Notes under the pieces: model-generated
What the model was told of the DNA's origin: nothing
Seen by the model: only the letters and a program-made list of their open reading frames with translations
The model's database searches: none
NCBI GenBank assembly: GCA_964016885.1
Contig: OZ024745.1
Span: forward strand, 71,734,001 to 71,798,000
Direction: 5' to 3'
DNA: 64,000 nucleotides
Source of the DNA: Eledone cirrhosa
Lineage: Eukaryota
Made by a program: the position numbers and the translations under genes
Part shown: piece after piece, positions 48,836 to 61,289 of the stretch
Layout of the letters: every line of letters begins with the position of its first letter
Position numbering within the stretch: the first letter of the stretch is position 1

Positions 48836-49370
48836 TGTAGCGCTCTCTAGACAAAGGGAACTAGCCAAAGTTACTTCCCGTAGAATTTCTAGAACATTCC
48901 TTGAACTTCCGTTTCAGAGATTATAAAAGAAGGAGCAAAGGACAATCTACCTCTCTTTCACCAACGGCTCTAGAACTGACCACACCAAGCACAGATGCTA
49001 AACTTTTTCTAATCGTATCCGATACCTCAGGATTACATCACATCATGGCACGAGGTACGTTTCACTACCAAAATTGTAACAAGCTACTTTAATAAATGCA
49101 AATCGTTACTGATACACTTTTCCGAAGTATTCATTCACGTTTCAATTACTACATCGTCATTTCTTTTATATCTTCTAAACAAATTAAATTAGCGGTTGGC
49201 ATGTAGTGGTATTTACTTGAGTAAATAACCCTACGGCCAACACACTAAAATGGTGACCCCCCGAGCAAACACTAAAATGGTGACCCCGAGCAACACGAAA
49301 ATGGTGACCCTAACGGAGTGAAACACCAACTACTAAAATGGTGACCCTAACGTACAATAACACCAACTGA
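48836..49370 (+). mobile_element. Second Gypsy-type LTR (about 48836-49249) followed by four tandem PBS-like copies; internal region absent
   Basis: TGTAGCG start, TATAAAA, AATAAA, end CTAAA(A); TGGTGACCC at 49251, 49278, 49302 and 49339. Confidence 0.65.
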
Positions 49371-49896
49371 AGAATGAAGAAAAAAAAATTTCTATTCCCA
49401 CCTCACGTGGCGACAACGTTCAAATGCTTCTAACTTGGCTGTTTATACTTTCGCTACATCTTACTACGGACCATTCATTAAATTGGACTCTTTCATTTTT
49501 GAACATGATATTTCTTTTTCTGAAAATTACACCTCATGTCTTTCTCGTTCAACCAAGCTTTTGTTTAAGACCAACAGTCAATATGGCGACTGCTGCCTTC
49601 CTCTTTCAATACTTATAAACCTACTTTCAAAATTTTCAAAACAAAATGATGTGGTGTCGTTCATGTCTTTCTTAATGTCGACTTCTAAATCATTTGGGTG
49701 TTCCATAAACTACACCCTCGTTTTGTTTCTCATCTAGACTACATTTTGACCTGTAATCCATGTTTCATTTCTGTTCCACCTCATTCCCCCTCTCTCTTTC
49801 TCTCTGTGATATTTGAATCTACTCTGATTTGGGCTTACCTTGTTCCTATATATATGTTTTTGCATGTCAGTTAGATTCAAACTTACAATGATTGGC

Positions 49897-50056
49897 AGGT
49901 GGATTGGCAGTATCGGTAGAGGGTCGGATGCCATGCTTTACGACCTGAGTTCAAATCCCGCCGTGGTTGACTTTGCCTTTCATCCTTACGGGGTCGATAA
50001 AATAAAGTACCAGTAATGCACTGGGTAATTGCTGGCCTTGTGCCTAAAGTAGAAAT
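49897..50056 (+). mobile_element. Same SINE family, full-length copy
   Basis: A-box-like TGGCAGTATCGG, B-box GAGTTCAAATCC, same core and tail. Confidence 0.85.
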
Positions 50057-50367
50057 TATTATATATATATATATATATATAGTGGCGGACTAGGTCTAAA
50101 AATATTGGTTGCCAGGAGATGAGGGGGACCCACCTACATATAGAATGCTATCATTTAATTTTTATAATGAATAAATAACATTTTCAGAAAATACATAAGT
50201 GGAAACAAAACAGTGCAATCAAATTTTTGCGGAAACATATCTTACCTTCTCCAATAAAAATTATTATGTATTTTGCGAAATCCAGAGACGTTCAATAATG
50301 ACCTTTGGTCTCTCTCTCGCTATGTATGTATATGTATGTATATAGGTAGGTAGGTAGGTTGGTTGGT

Positions 50368-51189
50368 TGGTAACATGTTCCCAGTACAACCTGTCTCATG
50401 GTCGGGTTGTTGGCGACTAAACTGGCAATATGTGTCAATAATTGTCACAAGTGCAGTGTTTGTACCAGAGTTTTCAAGTCGCTGGCTGGACTAAAAAGTC
50501 ACACTCGTTCAGCGCATCAGTAGGGGTTCTCCTACATGGATATGAAGTAGTGGCCGTACTCGAAAACGAGTTGGCAGCCACCATGTATGTATGTATGTAT
50601 GTATGTATGTCAGGTCACCAGTGGGTGTTACTGGTAACATGAATCCCAGTACAACCTGTCTCATGGTCGGGTCGTTGGCGACTAAACTGGCAACCCCACC
50701 AAGGTTTCTTGGTGAGGAGGGTGACCTTGGACATCCTGCAGGACTAAAAACAAAACCTGTCAAAGGGCAAAGGAGCTCTTAAGAGTCAATGGCCATCCAT
50801 AATCACCGGGAGAGATGACCTCTTAGCCTTTGTCAAGGCAGAATTCTAGGAGAAGGAAAACTCTGATATAACACCTGCAACCCTGATGGTATCCAATGAT
50901 GTTGACTTGTTCTTCTTTTTGGTAAATATCATCTTGGTTAAGAGAGTGGGACTGGCTTTGGGCAGTGCCTTTGCTCACTATAAAAGCTTCACGACACAGG
51001 CATTGCTTCGTCACATGGTACCATGGGCCCAGCACTATGTGTCAATAATTGTCACAAGTGTAGTGTTTGTACCAGAGTTTTCAAGTCGCTGGCTGGACTA
51101 AAAAGTCACACTCGTTCAGCGCATCGGTAGGAGTTATCCTAAATGGATATAAAGTAGTGGCCGTACTCGAAAACGAGTTGGCAGCCACC
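50368..51189. mobile_element. Two tandem copies (50368-50582 internally deleted; 50610-51189) of an unclassified microsatellite-flanked retroelement piece
   Basis: Shared ends GGTAACATG..CCCAGTACAACCTGTCTCATGG and GTACTCGAAAACGAGTTGGCAGCCACC; flanked by (TAGG), (TATG) and (TG) repeats. Confidence 0.6.
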
Positions 51190-51329
51190 GTGTGTGTGTG
51201 TGTGTTCTTCTGGTTTTATAATTTCACAAATTTGTTCCCAATAGAGAGAGAGTCGGTTTCTAACATAGACGCAAGACTCTCTCATTGGAATTTACACAAC
51301 ATCAACTAGATAGATATGTATGTATGCAT

Positions 51330-51680
51330 GCACGTGTAGATATGGATGTTATTGTATGTGTGGATGTGTATATTTTGAGTTGTATGTGTGCATGTTTATA
51401 TGCTTTGTATCTGTACATGAGTATATGCAGTTATTAGATGCAAAATTTTTGGAATGTTTTACATATTTTTACTGTTCCATTAATGGATTGTACTTGTAAT
51501 TTCCTAACTAATTGTGTTCTTTCTGTTCCTGTGAAGCCTAGCTTCTCAAGATTTGTATTGAGGCAGTTACTAACATACCCCAGTGCCCCAATAATCACAG
51601 GTATAAATCTGAAGGTGTAATCAGGGTGGAGTTTTCTCATCAGTTCTGCATAAATATTCTCCTTTTCACTAATCTTTGAT
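51330..51680 (-). mobile_element. Second 3' fragment of the R4/Dong-like element
   Basis: HPDYTFRFIPVIIGALGYVSNCL...VKICKTF; abuts (TATG)n. Confidence 0.8.
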
Positions 51681-51756
51681 ATTATGTATGTATGTATGTA
51701 TGTATGTATGTATGTATGTATGTATGTATGTATGTATGTATGTATGTATGTATGTG

Positions 51757-51789
<33 letters not shown>

Positions 51790-51976
51790 CTGTCTCTCTC
51801 TACACACACACCACCTTCACCACTAATTGATTTGACAGATGTCTTTAACCCATTGATACCAAATATTATTTGATATATATATATATATAAAACAAAGCTA
51901 TATATTGAGTTAGAAACTCAAAATAGTCTCATACAATTAAATAGCTCTAAGAAAGAAGTTTTTCTGTGCCGTGTAG

Positions 51977-52328
51977 TATAATTGAATATAAAAGAGAGAT
52001 AAACACAGATATAAACATATGTGTTCAAATTGTAAGAGACCAAGTTCGCTAGGGTGAAAAAAATACTAACTATAATAATATGGTTTGCCAGACTCAATTT
52101 AAAATAATAAATCAAGAAAAAGAAAAACAAACCTATATCACCAACGCTGTCTAGGTGTTCAGACAGTTGCCCAATATAGGTTTGTTTTTATTTTTCTTGA
52201 TTTATTATTTTAAATTGAGTCTGGCAAACCCCATAGTTATAGTTAGTATTTTTTTCACCCTAGCGAAATTGGTCCCTTACAATTTGAACACATATGTTTA
52301 TATCTGTGTTTATCTCTCTTTAATATTC

Positions 52329-52335
<7 letters not shown>
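51977..52335. repeat. Long fold-back, arms about 160 bp, next to (TA)n
   Basis: AATTGAATAT...CAAACCTATAT mirrored by ATATAGGTTTG...ATATTCAATT. Confidence 0.9.
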
Positions 52336-52376
<41 letters not shown>

Positions 52377-52619
52377 TTGTGTGTCTGTGTCTATATATGT
52401 ATGTTTGCATGCATGAATGAATACACTAAGCTTTAGATTTAGTAGAATGTACAACCACTGATTCCAGCTACTTTCACTATCGTATATTTTGGTTTCTAGT
52501 AATTCCCTGGGAAATTGGTTGACCAAATGCTTTGATTAATTGTTTTATTTATTTAAAAAAAAAAACGTTATTCTTTATCTTAGATTTCAGGTATTTTTTT
52601 AAAGCAAAGCATTGGTCCC

Positions 52620-54720
52620 TAAAATACTACAGCGGGCCCTGCAATGCTACTGTGAGCTCTTGCAATGCTACCGTGAGCCCACTGGGGCCCACTTGCGTTT
52701 GGGCAGCCTGGCTAGTCCGCCACTGGATGTTACTGTATGTGTGGGAGTGCATGTTTTGAGTTATATGTGTATGTTTTGTATCTATACATGTGTATGTGCA
52801 GTCATTACATGCAGAAGTTTTGGAACGTTTTACATACTTTTACAGTTCCATTAGTGGATTGCACTTGTAATTTCCTAACTAGTCGTGTTCTTTCTGGTTC
52901 TGTGAAGCCCAGCTTCTCAAAATTTGTACTGAGGCAGTTACTAACATATCCTAGTGCCCCAATAATCACAGGTATAAATCTGAAGGTATAGTCAGGGTGA
53001 AGTATCTGCAGATTCTTCATTAGTTCTGCATAGATATTCTCCTTTTCGCTAAGCTTTAATATTATATTGGCAACTGCTGGGCAGCTGACTTCCATTACTG
53101 TGCATGTCTTTTTTTTTCCTGTCCCATATCATTATATCTGGTCTGTTATGCTTGCATTTTATTGGGGTTTTGACTGGAACATTCCACTAGTACTCTTTCA
53201 TATTATGTATGTCTTTCACATTGCTGTAACTTTTAATATGTTTATTGCCGAGGCTATCTTCTCTAGGGTTGCACATGCTTCATAGGTAGATAGTTACAGG
53301 ATGACATCTTTGGACAATTGCTTATGACATGGGTGACATCTTGGATGTTAATTCTGCAGAGTCTGCATTTGTTGTCACATTTGTGAATCAGGCATTTTGT
53401 ACTGATTTTCTCTTCTTGGATTACAAAAGCATATCCTTCAAAGTAAGAGCCAATATAGCAGTTGTTGGTTCAAGATAGACTACTTTGCTACTACTCTCAC
53501 TCTTGGGCTCCTTGCATCATATCCATGCATAATTCTTTGCTGATAAGCATGGAGTTTTTCATCCATGTATTCATTGCAGTATTGCTGGGCATTTTCCTTG
53601 GATTTTTGATTATCATGCAGAGAGAATCTTTCAAGGAGTTACTTCCCAACTCTCACGATCTTATCTGTCGCATGCAGACAGACTTGCTCAATAAATGGGC
53701 TCCTATGCTTAGAAGTTTGTAGATGTTGTCAGAGAGATATGATGTAACACTCAAATGATGTCCGGGCTGATGTTAGGCCTCTGTCTCCCTGCTTACGTTT
53801 CAAGTATAGGCGGTCTATATCACTGTTGATGTGGAACTTTCCGGAGTTGTTTAGGATTTTTCGGGTTTGAACATCAATTGTTCGGATCTCATCTATCGTC
53901 CAATCGAGTATTCCAAATGTTGGTGTGCAAACAGAGTGTGAGCCACTGTTTTATTGTGCGCAGAGATTTCCGATGACCATATTTTTTTACATCGGGCGTA
54001 ATATTCCCTGGTTACACGTTTCTTGTTACAGATACCATCATAGGATACATTCTCACCTATCCCTAGTTATATGTAGCAGTCCTCGTCAGATATGGGTAAA
54101 ACAGGCCATTGATAAAAATGTTGCTAGATTGGCTTGTAGTTTTCCCCCGCTTTACAATCATATATGAACATTTATCCTGGTAAACTTCATTCCTATATCC
54201 TCTGAGAACGTTGTAACCAGATCAAAATCTTTCTACATCCCATTTATGTTCTTGGCATAGAGTTCCAGGACATCCACAAAAAGAATTATGGGTTAGGTAC
54301 GATTTCTGTCCCCCTGTGAGCCAATAATGTAGCCTTCACATTTCTTGAGCAGAAAGGACAAGGGGTTTAATGACAGGATAAATAGTAGCACAGAGAGATT
54401 ATCTTCTTGAAATATACCCCTAAAATATTCTATTTTATCAGTGAAAATAGTCTTCCTTCTCTGTTTTTAACTTTAGGTTAGTAGCCCAAGAAGGAGATAG
54501 GTTCTTTATGGCTCTGATAAAAGTGTATAACACTTTGACAAGTCGGAGTGGAGGCAGTATTCCTCCTAAGTTGTTGCACCTCTAACATCACGGTTTTGTT
54601 AATTAGGAGTTGTTCAGCACACTCCCAAACACTTTTCTTCAGGTTCTGACAGGCAATGAGTCGGTAGGTTTTGCCAAGTAGGTGTCTTTATTCTTGGGGA
54701 CTAGTATTGTTTGTGTAACC
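52620..54720 (-). mobile_element. Decayed R4/Dong-like non-LTR retroelement
   Basis: RT remnants (GIFQ..LS.LLF.L.LNP) and an RLE C-terminus EVSCP...KE..Y..L...FIPVIIGALG; many stops. Confidence 0.8.
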
Positions 54721-55718
54721 CACATCCACCCTATGGGAATGTATAAAACCGTAGTTAAAGGTCTAAACATCTAAAGTCTGTCTTGAGCCCGGAGGCTAAC
54801 CAGGCCGGTGTTTATCCCAGTTTCTGTGGCGTGAAGCGACTGAGAGTATAAGACCCCCCCCCCTTCTAGACAGGACTTAGTCCATAGAAGGGTTAAGCCT
54901 CCAGCTACTCATTTTCAGCTGAGTATACCGGAACAACGCGAAATGAAGTGCTTTCCTCAAGAACACGCGCTCGCCATCCAGCAGCCCCGGAGGAATGTGC
55001 TGCATTCTCTAGGGCTAAGAAGTTAACCGATGTTTTTGTTTGGCCAGTTAATACCAACGAGCGAGTGAAACTATTTCTCTGTATAAGAATTATTAAATTA
55101 ATGATATAAATTATTTTTTCAGATGAAATATTTTGTAGTATTGTTTTAACACACTACCACATATCAAATTTTATTTCAAAATACTCAAATATATATCTAG
55201 GATAAAATTACATAAAAATAAATAATTTAATATTTAGTCAAATATGAAAAATAAACAAAGAAAAGAAAGTAGTATTGGAAAGGACTATAAATGAGAGAAA
55301 AAAGGCGGGGGGGGGGGGAAGAGCCAGAGGATAATGATAATGAATGCTATAATGTTTCAAATGATACAATGCTGGAATAACAAATATTTCAATGTTATCA
55401 TCGTATCTCAGTTTTCAGCAACTGTGAAGTTTCCACGGGTTCACCTAGTTCTTTTTAACGTTTAATGTGTATATAGCTGAGCATTCCAAAGACATGCATC
55501 CCTAACATAGTTCTCAGGGAGATTCAGTATGACAAGTTTGACCATTTGAATTGCTGGTACAAATGATTATAGCCAGCTGAGTAGCAACGTAAAATAAAGT
55601 GTCTTGTTCAAGGACATTAGGCGTTATCGGGAATCGAATTGATGATGTTAAAATCGTGAGCCGAACGCCCTAATAATTAAGCTATTGACTTTCGCAGCCC
55701 GTTGCATAATATAGCTCA

Positions 55719-56610
55719 CTAGCAGTGGTACCCGGCGTTGCACGGGATAAGGTATTTTGGAACGCGGGCCGCCAACAGACCTAATGGTGGAAAAACTTCA
55801 TGCCTGGACAATATGTAAAGAAAATAAACCTGGATAATCTTTAAGATTTTCCTCGATGAAGAAGGAAAAATGCAGGTTTTCACCTAGGGGATCAAGAAAA
55901 TGAAATTTTTTTATGTGCATAATATGCCTTGAAATTTCGGGAAAATCGGCTAGACGTAACGCCTCAAAAAAGCCCTAAAAAGGTGAAAAAAAAATGAAGT
56001 TTTTCACCTAATGCGGGCCCAAGCCATACAAAAGTTGGATTTTTTTTGCTCACGATATGAAGAAAAGACTGACTAATACATAGTTACAATTTCAAGGAAA
56101 TCAGTCTGACGTAACGCCTCAAAAAACCTGAAAAAAACGCAGTTTTCCACCTAATGCGGGCCCTAGAGGATCAAAAAGTTCAATTTTTTATGTGCATAAC
56201 ACTCGCTGAAACATAAGTAATACACATGTAAAGTTTGAAAAAAGTCGGTTGGGTACTTCTCGAGTTTTAGGGATTCAAACTCACACACACACACACAGAC
56301 AGACATCCTCAGGGAAGTGAGGTATGCAGACAGTCAGACATACAGACAGATATTATAAGGGCGCGACGTTATATGTATGTATCTATCTAAAAAGAGAAAG
56401 ACTAAGAATTATAGAGAGAGATCGGTAAATCGCCTAATGCGGTCCCTAGGGCATTGAAAATTTGAAATTGTTTTTGCTCAGAACACTCCCTGAAACATAA
56501 GTATTACATGTGTAAAGTTTGAAAACAGTCGGTTGGGTGCTTTTCGAGTTTTAGGGATTCAAACTCACACACACACAGACAGACATCCTCAGTTTTATAT
56601 ATAGAGAAGA
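55719..56610 (-). mobile_element. Non-autonomous Helitron
   Basis: Minus strand begins TC(TTCTCTATATATAAAA) and ends with hairpin CCCGTGCAACGCCGGG plus CTAG; sits between A and T with no TSD; internal ~170-bp duplication. Confidence 0.85.
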
Positions 56611-57361
56611 TAAATGAGAATGACGAGAACGAAGAGCTGTCGCCAGTCTGACCAATATTGTTAAATTATAGGTGTGATGGACCTCAGTCGGTGTCGGCGA
56701 CAAGTCTTCCAGTTATATTGGAACAACCTGCCCAAGAAAGTAACGTGTAAGTAGGGGAACACTTGTATCCTTTACACAATTTTCAGGATGATTTAGCGTG
56801 ACACAGAGTGTGTTATGGCTGGCCATTTAAATTGCAAGTACCCCCCCACCTCTGAGTGGATTGGAGCGATGGGAAATATAGTGTCTTGCTCAATGACACA
56901 ACGTACCACCTGGAATCAAACTCACGACCTTTCGACCGTGAGACGAACATCCTTACCATTACGTTACGCACTTTCACTGAACTATCGGTAAGTGAATAAA
57001 ATCAAGAATTTACTCCTTGGATATTTTATTTTTTTGCTCCATAATACTTCTATGTTTATTTATTTATTTTCAAGTTATTTATTTATTTTCATTTAAAAAT
57101 AGTAATAATGAAAATTATTGCGTACAGTGCGCAGGTACAGTACAGCTCATCAAAGGTGCATGTATAGTACATAGAATAATTGTCTCTACTTTAGGCACAA
57201 GCCCATCAATTACCCAGTGCATTACTGGTACTTTATTTTATCGACCCCGTAAGGATGAAAGGCAAAGATGAAAGGCGGGATTTGAACTCAGATCGTAAAG
57301 GGACGTAACTATGCTGGAAAGCATGGCGTCCGACCCTCTACTGATACTGCCAATCCACCAG

Positions 57362-57685
57362 AATAATGAACAAATGTCAGGAAAGTGAACAGTGTATATA
57401 CACAGACACACACATACATGCATGAATGTGTATGGAAGGGTAATATCAGGTGTAGTGTTGGCAAATTTTGGGAAGCATGGAAGTTTTGAAAGATGCAGTG
57501 TCCCGACAGCAAACAACTGATCCAGGTAGTTTGTTCCATGCTTCAGCAACTCTGAGCGTGAAAAAATGTTTCCGAAAATCGTGGGAGCTGTACTGTTTTC
57601 TGATTTTGTAAGCATGTCCACGGGTGTTAGACACATGGAATTCAAAAAGGTGCTAAGGGTTGTTGTTGGAAAGATGGCTGATAAT
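57362..57685 (-). mobile_element. CR1-group LINE 3' fragment (same family)
   Basis: SNTRGHAYKIRKQYSSHDFRKHFFTLRVAEAWNKLP. Confidence 0.8.
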
Positions 57686-58464
57686 TTTATTCATGTTCAA
57701 CCGATAAATATTTACTGCTCAATATAGACAATATAAAAAGTATAAACACAATATCGAAACCTTACTCAGGATATTTTCCCATAATATGGTTTCTAATTTA
57801 AGCACATGGCCAGCTATTTTGGTTTGACAATAAAAATGGTTTCTGAATTAGGCACAAGGCCACCTATTTTTGAAGAGGGGAAAGTCGATTAAATCGACTC
57901 CAGTGGGCTACTGGTATTTTATTTTATCCAACCCCGGAAGAATGAAAAACAAAACTTACTTCGGTGGGATTTGTAGTCAGAACATAAAGGGCCGTAACTC
58001 TATGCCGCAAGCATGTTGTGCCCTCACGATAATGATAATAATTGTTTCTAATTTAGGCACAAGGGTAGCAATTTCTTTTAGAATAGGAACCAAATTGGAA
58101 GTAATTTAAGTTTTTATAGTCGTAAAACATCTGGGGTCAACTTTCCTCTCCCCCAAAAGTGCTGGCCTTGTGCTTAAATCAGAAAAGCCAAAAAAAAAAA
58201 AAGAAAAAGAAAAGGCAAATAACCACTACACACACACACACACACACACACACAAAACAACATACACGCACACAAATAAAAAAGAACAACAACACAGGAT
58301 TAAATTTACATTTTTTTTATCAAACCGAATTTTCTGAAATTATTTTAAATTTGTTAAAACATTCAGAAGTGTATTTACATTGCATTGCTGAAAGTAATAA
58401 ACATTGGCAGATATAGTTGTAAAAATTCGAAAAGAATCAAAACTAATATATATATATACGTATA

Positions 58465-58845
58465 TATGAAAAAATTCAGGACCCCGACGGCTAGCTCCGG
58501 TCGTTTCAACAGCTAAATCCGAACTAGCTGTTGAAACGGCTGGAGCTCAGCCCCGGGATCCTGAATTTTTTCATATTACCCACTCTACTACCCCAAGTAT
58601 CGAGTACTCTGGTGAATAATGATCTAACTGGTTTTTACCGCCTCCATTCTGATATATATATATATATATATATATAACGGAGGAAATGTGGTAAGGAACC
58701 AGATGGACCATAACGCACCAAAGTACTCAATACTTAGGGTAGTAGAGTGGGTAATAGGAACGAGTAGGACCCCGACGGCTGAGCTCAAGCCGTTTCGACG
58801 GCTAATTCTAGTCCAGAATTAGCCGTCGAAACGGTCCTACTCGTT

Positions 58846-58883
<38 letters not shown>

Positions 58884-58965
58884 CTACTCAATCAACATAT
58901 CCGTGCACACACACAAAACATACGCATACGTACATATATGCGCATATATACATGTGAATTCATAT

Positions 58966-59064
<99 letters not shown>

Positions 59065-59222
59065 AATCAAGATAGAACAGATCAAAAGAGTACTCGATAC
59101 TTGGGGTAATAGTGTATGGCTATATTATAAAGAGTCGGGACCCAACGGCTGAGCGCTTGCTAGTTCTGGAACTAGCTGTGGAAACGGGAAGAGGTCAGCC
59201 ATCGGGATCCGACTCTTTATAG
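58465..59222. mobile_element. Cluster of three (TA)n-embedded fold-back elements carrying hammerhead 3' halves (58465-58652, 58676-58850, 59062-59222); related fragment at 40102-40213
   Basis: Shared TATTACCCACTCTAC..CC..AAGTAT.GAGTACT body and GAAA-CGGC-..GAGCTCA-GCCG-TC-GGGGTCC motif. Confidence 0.65.
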
Positions 59223-59317
59223 TATTATATAATATAATATTTTATATATATATATATATATACACACACACATATATATATATATACACACACACATATA
59301 TATATATATATACATAT

Positions 59318-59376
<59 letters not shown>

Positions 59377-59423
59377 TATACATATATATACATATATATA
59401 TAAATATACACACACACACACAT

Positions 59424-59468
<45 letters not shown>

Positions 59469-60160
59469 CACCCGCGCAAACACACACACACACATATATA
59501 TGTATATGTAAAAAGTAAACAGAAACAACAAAGCAAACACCACAATACAATAAACAAATATATTACTTTAACGCTTAATACAGTAGGAAAATAAACAAAT
59601 TTTCTTTTGTAAATATATTAAAGGATTTCATAATACCATAATAGAAAGTTGGTATAGTCAAGGGTGAAAAAAAAAATTCATTTAGTTTTACTATAACGTC
59701 CATATGTATATATTTTCTCCTGGCACTGAAGTATCATAAAAGTTCCAAATGTCTTGTCGGAATAAAAGGAATATAGTATTGTCAATAGAAACAACGTTAA
59801 CACGATATTTACAACATCGACATTATATATATATTCCTTCCATATACTGTACCGATTGTGTTGTTATTTCTGTTTACCTTTTACGTATATATATATATAT
59901 ATAATAAAAAGACGATTTGTTTTATGACTGAATTAAAAATAAAGAAGTTTTTCAAGGTTTGATTGATGTAATCATTAATGAGAAATTGAGGCAAGCAACA
60001 TATAGCTTCAGCAGATTTTGAAATATATATACATGCAAAACTAGTCGATTACTCCGCATGCAGACGATATACTAAAGGAGAAATGAAATAGCTTTGAGGC
60101 AAATTTTACACATTTTTAGAATATTCAGTATTATAAGAAATATTATTGAATTTCAGATGT

Positions 60161-61189
60161 TCATTTGCGTGAGTGTGTTTTTATTTTTTTTTTATTTTTA
60201 TCATCACAAGACCATGGTTGGAATTCTTTGATATTTGACAATGGTGTTGGGTTTTTCATCCATTCTAATATTTCTTTAACACTAACTACATACACATCTC
60301 CTAAGGCCAGGATCTTCTTTAAAAATGTGTTCACGGCAGAAATTCTGTAACTGTTTGAACCAGTAAACCACGCAGCATGCATATTGAGGCCGAATGGGGC
60401 ACGGGAACTATTATAATAGGCGATGAAATTATTCCAAAGGTAATCGAAAGTTTCCTTTTCATTTGTAGGTGGAAATACGCAGCCATCAACATACGTGCAT
60501 GGATATAATTTAGGACCAACTAAAGGAATGATAGGCACTTCCCAGAATCCTTTCACTACAGCATTTGAGCACTTTCCAACATTACACCTATAGGGCCAAG
60601 GATAGTCTAATGTAGAAGGCCAAACAAAGTTGTGTGCAATGTTTACATAGTACGTAAGTGTTATATCATATTTAAATCCCAGTTTCTTCAATATTTCAGG
60701 CTGTTCGTTTCCTGCTGGAATTAAAAAAGGGCTTCTCCATCCAATGATATCTTTCGGATCGATAGCTGCATTATGCACTAGGTTTTCCTTTTGGGTTCTG
60801 GCCTCTTCTATAAGTAACTTAGATGTGTTTACAACTCCATGCTTAACACTATGAACACCTATTTCATGACCGTAGTTATAGTATTTTTTCACTAATTTGT
60901 AATCAGTATAATCATTTGATACATAGAGTGACATCTTGATAGGGCAGTTATTAGGATTATTATGGTTGTCAATGAATATGTCATCATAACATTTCTGCAC
61001 TGTGGAAGTTACTGCATCGTCGAATCCAAAGTAAACCATCTGAGGTATGTCTGTAACATTCATTTTTGGAAAAAACTTCCCACTGCAGTAGCATTGGGGG
61101 GAAAAGCAATTAACTTCTTGATTGCACATAGCTTGGACAGTCGAACATATCAAAGAAAATAATATAATATGTAATAAATAGTGTGCCAT
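60161..61189 (-). CDS. Secreted chitin/polysaccharide deacetylase (carbohydrate esterase family 4, NodB-like), single coding exon, 342 aa
   Basis: Hydrophobic N-terminal signal-like peptide; Cys-rich CxxPxCYC lead-in; CE4 motifs GFDD, HEIGVHSVKH, GWRSPFL, FWEVP, RAPFGLNMH; no CBM14 or LDLa domain visible. Confidence 0.92.
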   Translation of the reverse strand: MAHYLLHIILFSLICSTVQAMCNQEVNCFSPQCYCSGKFFPKMNVTDIPQMVYFGFDDAVTSTVQKCYDDIFIDNHNNPNNCPIKMSLYVSNDYTDYKLVKKYYNYGHEIGVHSVKHGVVNTSKLLIEEARTQKENLVHNAAIDPKDIIGWRSPFLIPAGNEQPEILKKLGFKYDITLTYYVNIAHNFVWPSTLDYPWPYRCNVGKCSNAVVKGFWEVPIIPLVGPKLYPCTYVDGCVFPPTNEKETFDYLWNNFIAYYNSSRAPFGLNMHAAWFTGSNSYRISAVNTFLKKILALGDVYVVSVKEILEWMKNPTPLSNIKEFQPWSCDDKNKKKIKTHSRK

Positions 61190-61281
61190 GTTTCTTTGTT
61201 ATTTCTAGTGACAGAAAGGTGTTTTGCCTTCCTTGATATGAAAATGTTGACAGCGATTTGATTAGTTTCAATAGTGATCAC

Positions 61282-61289
61282 TTTATATA
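61282..61289 (-). promoter_or_regulatory. Putative TATA box of the deacetylase gene
   Basis: TATATAAAG on the minus strand about 95 nt upstream of the ATG; AT-rich background limits significance. Confidence 0.35.

Noticed and set aside
50620-50695. HDV-like ribozyme (CCAGT...GG-TCG..CGA-CTAA-ACTGG)
   Set aside because: P2, P4 and J4/2 fit, but L3 is too short and no 7-bp P1 could be assigned; needs a covariance-model search.
58879-59557. HT/YI/CV-repeat ORFs
   Set aside because: Dinucleotide microsatellite translations.
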